Source: an uncultured delta proteobacterium
Lineage (GTDB): Bacteria; Myxococcota; Myxococcia; Myxococcales; 40CM-4-68-19
Direction of reading: 5' to 3'
Length of the DNA: 64,000 bases
Assembly: GCA_903911145.1 (NCBI GenBank)
Contig: CAIWCD010000014.1
Coordinates: 62,001-126,000 of the forward strand
A program made the translations under genes and the position numbers. Positions 59,430 to 64,000 of the stretch are shown here, one piece after another; the first letter of the stretch is position 1; each line of letters starts with the position of its first letter. The notes under the pieces were generated by a model that saw only the letters and a program-made list of their open reading frames with translations, was not told where the DNA came from and did no database searches.

Positions 59430-60020
59430 ATGACCAATCCGCTCCTCTTCGCGCTGGCGGCGATCGCCCTGCTCTCGACGCCAGGCCCGACCAACACTCT
59501 GCTCTTCACTTCGGGCGCGGCGGTCGGCGTTCGCCGCTCATTGCCGCTGCTCCTCGCCGAGTTGAGCGGCTACCTCATCTCGATCGCTGTCCTTTCACTG
59601 GTTGTCGGTCCGCTGCTGGCGGCGCAGCCGTGGATGCCACGGTTGCTGCGTTGCGCGTGCGCGCTCCTGCTGGCGTTCTTCACCGTGCGGCTCTGGCGCG
59701 CGCCTGCCGAGAGCGCACGCTCGGCCGCGCCCATCCTGATGCGCCACGTCTTCAGCATTACGCTGCTCAATCCGAAGGGGCTCGTCTTCGCGTTCGCGAT
59801 TCTTCCTCGTGCGGCGCCAGGGGAGATGAGAGTCGCTCTCTCTTATCTCGGTGCCCTCTGCGTCCTCATCACGTCGGTCGGTGGCGCCTGGATCTCGCTT
59901 GGCGCGGTGCTGCGCTCGCGGGCCGGCAGTTCTCTCGAGCCGCTCCTGGTGCGGCGCGGAGGAGCGGTCGTCCTCGGCATCTTCGCCGCACTGCTCGGCG
60001 CGTCGGCGATCTGGAAATAG
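59430..60020 (+). CDS. LysE-family exporter
   Basis: TPGPTN near N-terminus, LLNPKG, multiple TM helices. Confidence 0.88.
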   Translation: MTNPLLFALAAIALLSTPGPTNTLLFTSGAAVGVRRSLPLLLAELSGYLISIAVLSLVVGPLLAAQPWMPRLLRCACALLLAFFTVRLWRAPAESARSAAPILMRHVFSITLLNPKGLVFAFAILPRAAPGEMRVALSYLGALCVLITSVGGAWISLGAVLRSRAGSSLEPLLVRRGGAVVLGIFAALLGASAIWK

Positions 60021-60031
60021 ACCGGAGAAAC

Positions 60032-60069
60032 GAAGAAGGAGGGCCGCATCTCGCGAGCCCTCCTTCTTC
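60032..60069. terminator. Probable bidirectional terminator
   Basis: 13-bp stem GAAGAAGGAGGGC / GCCCTCCTTCTTC between convergent genes. Confidence 0.75.
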
Positions 60070-60104
60070 TTCACTGCGCCGACTGTCGGTGCGACGGCCG
60101 TCGT

Positions 60105-61262
60105 CTACTTGAGCGCCGCCGCGAGCTCCGCGTTGCTCATCAGGTTGCGCATCAGCTCGTCGAACGCGTTCGAGAGCGCGTCGTTGAGGTTCTCCGCCTT
60201 GTGCGTGCGGCCCCAGTTCTTCGACTTGCCTTCGGCGAGGCCGTTCCAGACAGTGGTGTTTCCCTTGGTGAGCGTGAAGCGCACGCGCGCGGTGGCGTTG
60301 AACTCCGAGCCTTCGACCACGGTGAGCTCGAGGATCTCTCCGGCAAGCGTGAAGTTCGAGCTCGTCGAGAGCGCGCCCTGCGTCTTGAGCCGCTCGGTGA
60401 GAACCTTCGAGTAGAAGCCCGCGACGTTGTCCGGCGTGTAGAGGATCGCGCCCTTGTCGTTGTCGTACTTCCCGATCGCGAGCGGCTCGGTGCGGCCATC
60501 GGTGAGCGGCTTGAGCTGCAGCGTCATCGCGCGCAGCGCTGCGAGAGTCGCCTCAGAGCCGGCGGCCTTCGTCGCGTCGATGCTGCGCCACTCGAGGTGA
60601 AGCGTCGGTGCGCCCTTGGGTAGCTGCGCGGGGAGCACGACGGCCTCGGGCGCAGGCGGCGCCTTGCCGAGGAGCCCGGCCTCGAACGCCGGGTCCGAGA
60701 GGAGTTGCTTGATCGCGTCGTTGAACGCGGTCGAGAGCCCCTCATTGTAGTTGTCCGCGTTGTGGCTCGAGCCCCAGCGCGACTCCTTGCCGTTCACCAC
60801 GCTCGACCAGGCCTCCTTGCCGTCGGGCGTGACCAGCGAGAAGCGCACGTCCACCGCGGAGAGATAGGTGTTCTCCTCGTTGACGAAGAAGTTCTGCACG
60901 TCTCCGCGCAGCGTGAAATCTTCGCCGCTCTCGACGAACTTCACGCCGAGCGGCTTGACGCGATCCGCGAAGCTGACCGTGCAGAACCGCACGACGTCGT
61001 CGGTCGTCGTCACGACGAACTTCTTGTTGTCATCTTCGTACTTGCCGATCGAGGTCGCCGTGCGCGCATCGGTGAACGCGAGGTGCAGGTGCTTGCTCAC
61101 CAGCGCCTTGACGACGGAGTCCTTGTACTCGACGCGCTCGTCCGGGCCGCGCCACTCAAGGTGGACCGTGCTGAGCGGCTCATCCTTGTGGTGGTGGCAC
61201 GCGGTCGCGGCGAGAGACAGGAAGACAACGCAGAGGGCGGAGGAGAGTCGTGGAGAGTTCAT
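60105..61262 (-). CDS. Lipoprotein with two tandem YajG-like domains
   Basis: ATAC lipobox; internal duplication HLEWR..D.RT..IGKY..(T/P)D.V..F..GK...WG..H.A.N.N..LS.AF. Confidence 0.8.
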   Translation of the reverse strand: MNSPRLSSALCVVFLSLAATACHHHKDEPLSTVHLEWRGPDERVEYKDSVVKALVSKHLHLAFTDARTATSIGKYEDDNKKFVVTTTDDVVRFCTVSFADRVKPLGVKFVESGEDFTLRGDVQNFFVNEENTYLSAVDVRFSLVTPDGKEAWSSVVNGKESRWGSSHNADNYNEGLSTAFNDAIKQLLSDPAFEAGLLGKAPPAPEAVVLPAQLPKGAPTLHLEWRSIDATKAAGSEATLAALRAMTLQLKPLTDGRTEPLAIGKYDNDKGAILYTPDNVAGFYSKVLTERLKTQGALSTSSNFTLAGEILELTVVEGSEFNATARVRFTLTKGNTTVWNGLAEGKSKNWGRTHKAENLNDALSNAFDELMRNLMSNAELAAALK

Positions 61263-61323
61263 GGGCGCGGCAATGTAGTCGAGACTCTGGTCGTGCGAAA
61301 GCCCTCGTGCGATACGGAGCCGC

Positions 61324-62136
61324 ATGCGCAAGTCGGTCGCCAAGCTCTTCCGGATTCTCTTCACCGGCTCGGCGTTCTTCGTCTTCTGGATGGGCGGCGC
61401 GCTCATCACCTGGTTCGTCTTCCCGGTCGTGCAGTTCCTCCATCGGGCAGAGCCGGTGATCGCGCAGCGTCGCTGCCGCTGGATCCTCAATCGCGCGCTG
61501 CGGTTCCACGCCGACTACATGCGTTTCTTCCGGCTGATCGACTTTGACTCGCGCGCCGTCGAGCGGCAGCTCCCGCGCGGCCCGTTCGTGCTGGTATCGA
61601 ATCATCCTTCGTTGATCGATGTCGTGCTGCTGCTGGCGACCTGTCCGACGCTCTACTGCCTTGTGAAGGGGCCGGTGATGCGCAGTCCCTTCGTCGGGCG
61701 GATGCTGCGCTACTGCAATCACATCGACGCTGGCGATGGCGACGCGGCCTCGGGCGCGCTGGCGGTGCAGGGCGCGATCGAGCGGCTCCGCGCGGGCGAT
61801 CCGGTGCTGATCTTCCCGGAGGGTACGCGCTCGCCGATCGAGGGGATTGGCCCGTTCAAGAAGGGCGCGTTCATGATCGCGCACGAGGCGAAAGTGCCGG
61901 TGGTGCCGATCTGGATCGCGACAAAGCCACGCGGTCTCATGCGGGGAATGAAGTGGTACATGGTCCCCGACGACACAATGCGATACACATTCAAACTTTT
62001 CACCCCGCTGTCGACGGAGAGTTTCGCAGGCGACGCACGAAGAATGGCCGCGGAAGTCCGGGCCCTGTTCGTCGAGCCAGCCGACGCTCCTTCGATGAGC
62101 TCCTCTGCCGCAGGCAACCTGACTTCGGAACGTTGA
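61324..62136 (+). CDS. PlsC-family acyltransferase (ApeD-like)
   Basis: NHPSLID and FPEGTRS motifs; precedes two ACPs. Confidence 0.9.
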   Translation: MRKSVAKLFRILFTGSAFFVFWMGGALITWFVFPVVQFLHRAEPVIAQRRCRWILNRALRFHADYMRFFRLIDFDSRAVERQLPRGPFVLVSNHPSLIDVVLLLATCPTLYCLVKGPVMRSPFVGRMLRYCNHIDAGDGDAASGALAVQGAIERLRAGDPVLIFPEGTRSPIEGIGPFKKGAFMIAHEAKVPVVPIWIATKPRGLMRGMKWYMVPDDTMRYTFKLFTPLSTESFAGDARRMAAEVRALFVEPADAPSMSSSAAGNLTSER

Positions 62137-62438
62137 TGACGACGCCCAATCCCGCAACCCCCGCGTTCGAGCTTGAGATGAAGAAGCTCATCGTCGAAGC
62201 GCTGATGCTCACCGATGTGAAGGCCGAGGAGATCGACAGCGCTGCGCCGCTGTTCGGAACAGGGCTCGGCCTCGATTCGATCGACGCGCTCGAGCTGGCG
62301 ATCGCCATTGGCAAGCGCTACCGGGTGAAGTTCAGCTCCGACGACAACTCCAACCGCGACACGTTCCGCTCCGTGCAGGCGCTCGCTGAGTATGTCGCGC
62401 GTTCCATTCCCGCCGCAGCCCCCGAGGTCTCGCAATGA
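62136..62438 (+). CDS. Acyl carrier protein (ApeE-like)
   Basis: PLFGTGLGLDSIDALEL phosphopantetheine site; TGATG overlap. Confidence 0.9.
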   Translation: MTTPNPATPAFELEMKKLIVEALMLTDVKAEEIDSAAPLFGTGLGLDSIDALELAIAIGKRYRVKFSSDDNSNRDTFRSVQALAEYVARSIPAAAPEVSQ

Positions 62439-62686
62439 CGCGCGCGGAGATCGAACTCAAGGTGAGGGAGATGATGGCGCAGACGTTCGAGATGGACATC
62501 GAGAAGCTGACGCCTGAAGCGAAGCTGTTCGAGGAGCTCAATCTCGACAGCATCGACGCTGTCGATCTCGTCGTGAAGGTGCAGGAGATCACGGGTCGGC
62601 GCGTCGACGCGGCGGACCTGAAGCGCGTGCGGACGGTCAAGGACGTGGTCGATATCCTCGAGCAGCATCTGCAGAAGGTCGCGTAG
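62435..62686 (+). CDS. Acyl carrier protein (ApeF-like)
   Basis: LNLDSIDAVDL site; ATGA overlap. Confidence 0.92.
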   Translation: MTRAEIELKVREMMAQTFEMDIEKLTPEAKLFEELNLDSIDAVDLVVKVQEITGRRVDAADLKRVRTVKDVVDILEQHLQKVA

Positions 62687-62721
62687 GCGACCGCGGCTCC
62701 TCACACGTTTGCTTCACGCCA

Positions 62722-64000
62722 ATGAACGCGGATCGCTACAGCCTCGCGGAACGGCACTCGTCGGAATCATTCGTGGCGGTCGGCGCGGAGGGCGCGCGCA
62801 CCGCTCGTGAGTTCTGCCAGGACGTCGCGCTGCTCGTGCGCGCATTGGCGCAGCTCTCGCCGCAGACACAGCGGCCGATTCTCGCGATCACCGATCGCTA
62901 TCGCTTCGCGGTCGCGCTGCTCGCCTGTTGGTCGAGTGGCCGCGTCGTCGCGCTGCCTCCCAATGGCCAGACCGATCTTCTGCGCAAGCTCGCGCTCGAG
63001 CAGGACGGGCTGCTCATTCATGACGGCGACGCGATCGATGGACTCGACGTTCGCGCCGCGCTCGCGCAGCCTGCGCCCGAGACGGCGTTCGCGCCGTTCG
63101 TGTTGCCCGCGGCCCAGCCTCTCGTCGTCATCTTCACCTCGGGAAGCACCGGCGAGCGCCAGCCGGCAGAGAAGACCGGCGCGCAGCTTCTCGGTGAAGC
63201 AGCGCTGCAGGGGCAGCTCTCCCTGGTTGCTCCGGCGGATCGCGTCCTCGCGACGGTGCCGCCGCAGCACATCTACGGACTGCTCTTCGGCATCCTCGTT
63301 CCGCTCATGCGAGGAGCGGCGTTCTCGCGCGGCACGCCGCTGCACGCTGAGGCGGTCGCGGCCGCGGCGCGCGAGATCGGCGCGACGATTCTCGTCAGTG
63401 TGCCGGCCCATCTGCGCGGACTCGAGGCGCTCAGTTCGACTGCGCTGCCTTCGTCAATTCGCCTGGTGCTCTCCTCTGGCGCCCCTCTCGATGCGCGCAC
63501 GCAGGCGGTGCTCGCGAAGCTCTCGCTCCCGGTGCGCGAGATCCTCGGCTCGACGGAGACGGGCGGAATGGCCGTCCGCGATCCGCTCGTCGATGCGGCG
63601 TGGCGACCTCTTCCGGGTCTGCAGATCGCCGCCGGCGAGGACGGCCAGCTTCTCCTCGATTCACCGTTTCTTCCTCGCGAGGTCGCCAGGCCGCTCGCCT
63701 GCGCCGACCGCATCGAGCTCAATCCCGATGGATCGTTTGCGCACAAGGGGCGCCTCGACGACGTCGTGAAGATCGCCGGCAAGCGGCTCGCGCTGTCCGA
63801 GATGGAGGCGCGGCTGCGCGAGCTTCCGGGCGTGCGCGAGGTGGCGCTCTTCGCGCGTGCGACGGACGTGGCGCGCGGTGCAGAGCTGTTCGCCGTGGTC
63901 GCAGGCGTGGGCCCGACACGCGAGTCGATCCGCGCGGCGCTGTTGCGCTCATTTGATCCGGTCGTGCTCCCGCGCCATCTGCGCATCGTCGAGAAGCTGC
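62722..64000 (+). CDS. AMP-dependent acyl-CoA/ACP synthetase (ApeH-like), truncated by window end
   Basis: Own translation from ATG 62722: FTSGSTG, TVPPQHIYG, GSTETGG, GRLDDVVKIAGKR; no stop before 64000. Confidence 0.88.
   Translation, partial: MNADRYSLAERHSSESFVAVGAEGARTAREFCQDVALLVRALAQLSPQTQRPILAITDRYRFAVALLACWSSGRVVALPPNGQTDLLRKLALEQDGLLIHDGDAIDGLDVRAALAQPAPETAFAPFVLPAAQPLVVIFTSGSTGERQPAEKTGAQLLGEAALQGQLSLVAPADRVLATVPPQHIYGLLFGILVPLMRGAAFSRGTPLHAEAVAAAAREIGATILVSVPAHLRGLEALSSTALPSSIRLVLSSGAPLDARTQAVLAKLSLPVREILGSTETGGMAVRDPLVDAAWRPLPGLQIAAGEDGQLLLDSPFLPREVARPLACADRIELNPDGSFAHKGRLDDVVKIAGKRLALSEMEARLRELPGVREVALFARATDVARGAELFAVVAGVGPTRESIRAALLRSFDPVVLPRHLRIVEKL

Noticed and set aside
62807..63769. 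320-aa plus-strand ORF
   Set aside because: Wrong frame; the real gene is the adenylation enzyme from 62722 that runs off the window end.

Overview
High-GC chromosomal window, most likely Myxococcota (inferred from the Cys-rich lipoproteins, the Ser/Thr kinase with a PEGA domain, and the long LepB). In order it holds: lepA-lepB plus a pilin-like gene; a beta-propeller gene divergent from an exported TldD-family gene; a ~13 kb surface-glycan cluster (GT2s, polyprenol-P-sugar synthase, DUF2142-like membrane protein, WsaE-like and WsaF-like multidomain enzymes); two methyltransferases; a reductive pyrimidine-catabolism pathway split by a lipoprotein/metalloprotease block; an ECF sigma/anti-sigma pair with an ABC exporter and TetR; a lone dnaK; a kinase; an acyl-CoA dehydrogenase; a 2492-aa PKS fused to a PLP-dependent oxoamine synthase; and the start of an aryl-polyene-like acyl/ACP cluster. 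The most unusual region is about 48.2-51.4 kb, around a small four-helix-bundle gene. Its RBS and start codon sit in a perfect 22-bp hairpin. It is bracketed by two ~190-bp direct repeats whose long hairpin shows compensatory base changes. A (CTCGAAC)12 array lies next to it, with a degenerate inverted copy inside the PKS, and TTAA is locally enriched, even in flanking host codons. No rRNA, tRNA, CRISPR array, transposase or reverse transcriptase was recognised. All family assignments come from motif recognition, not database searches, and several start codons were chosen by eye.
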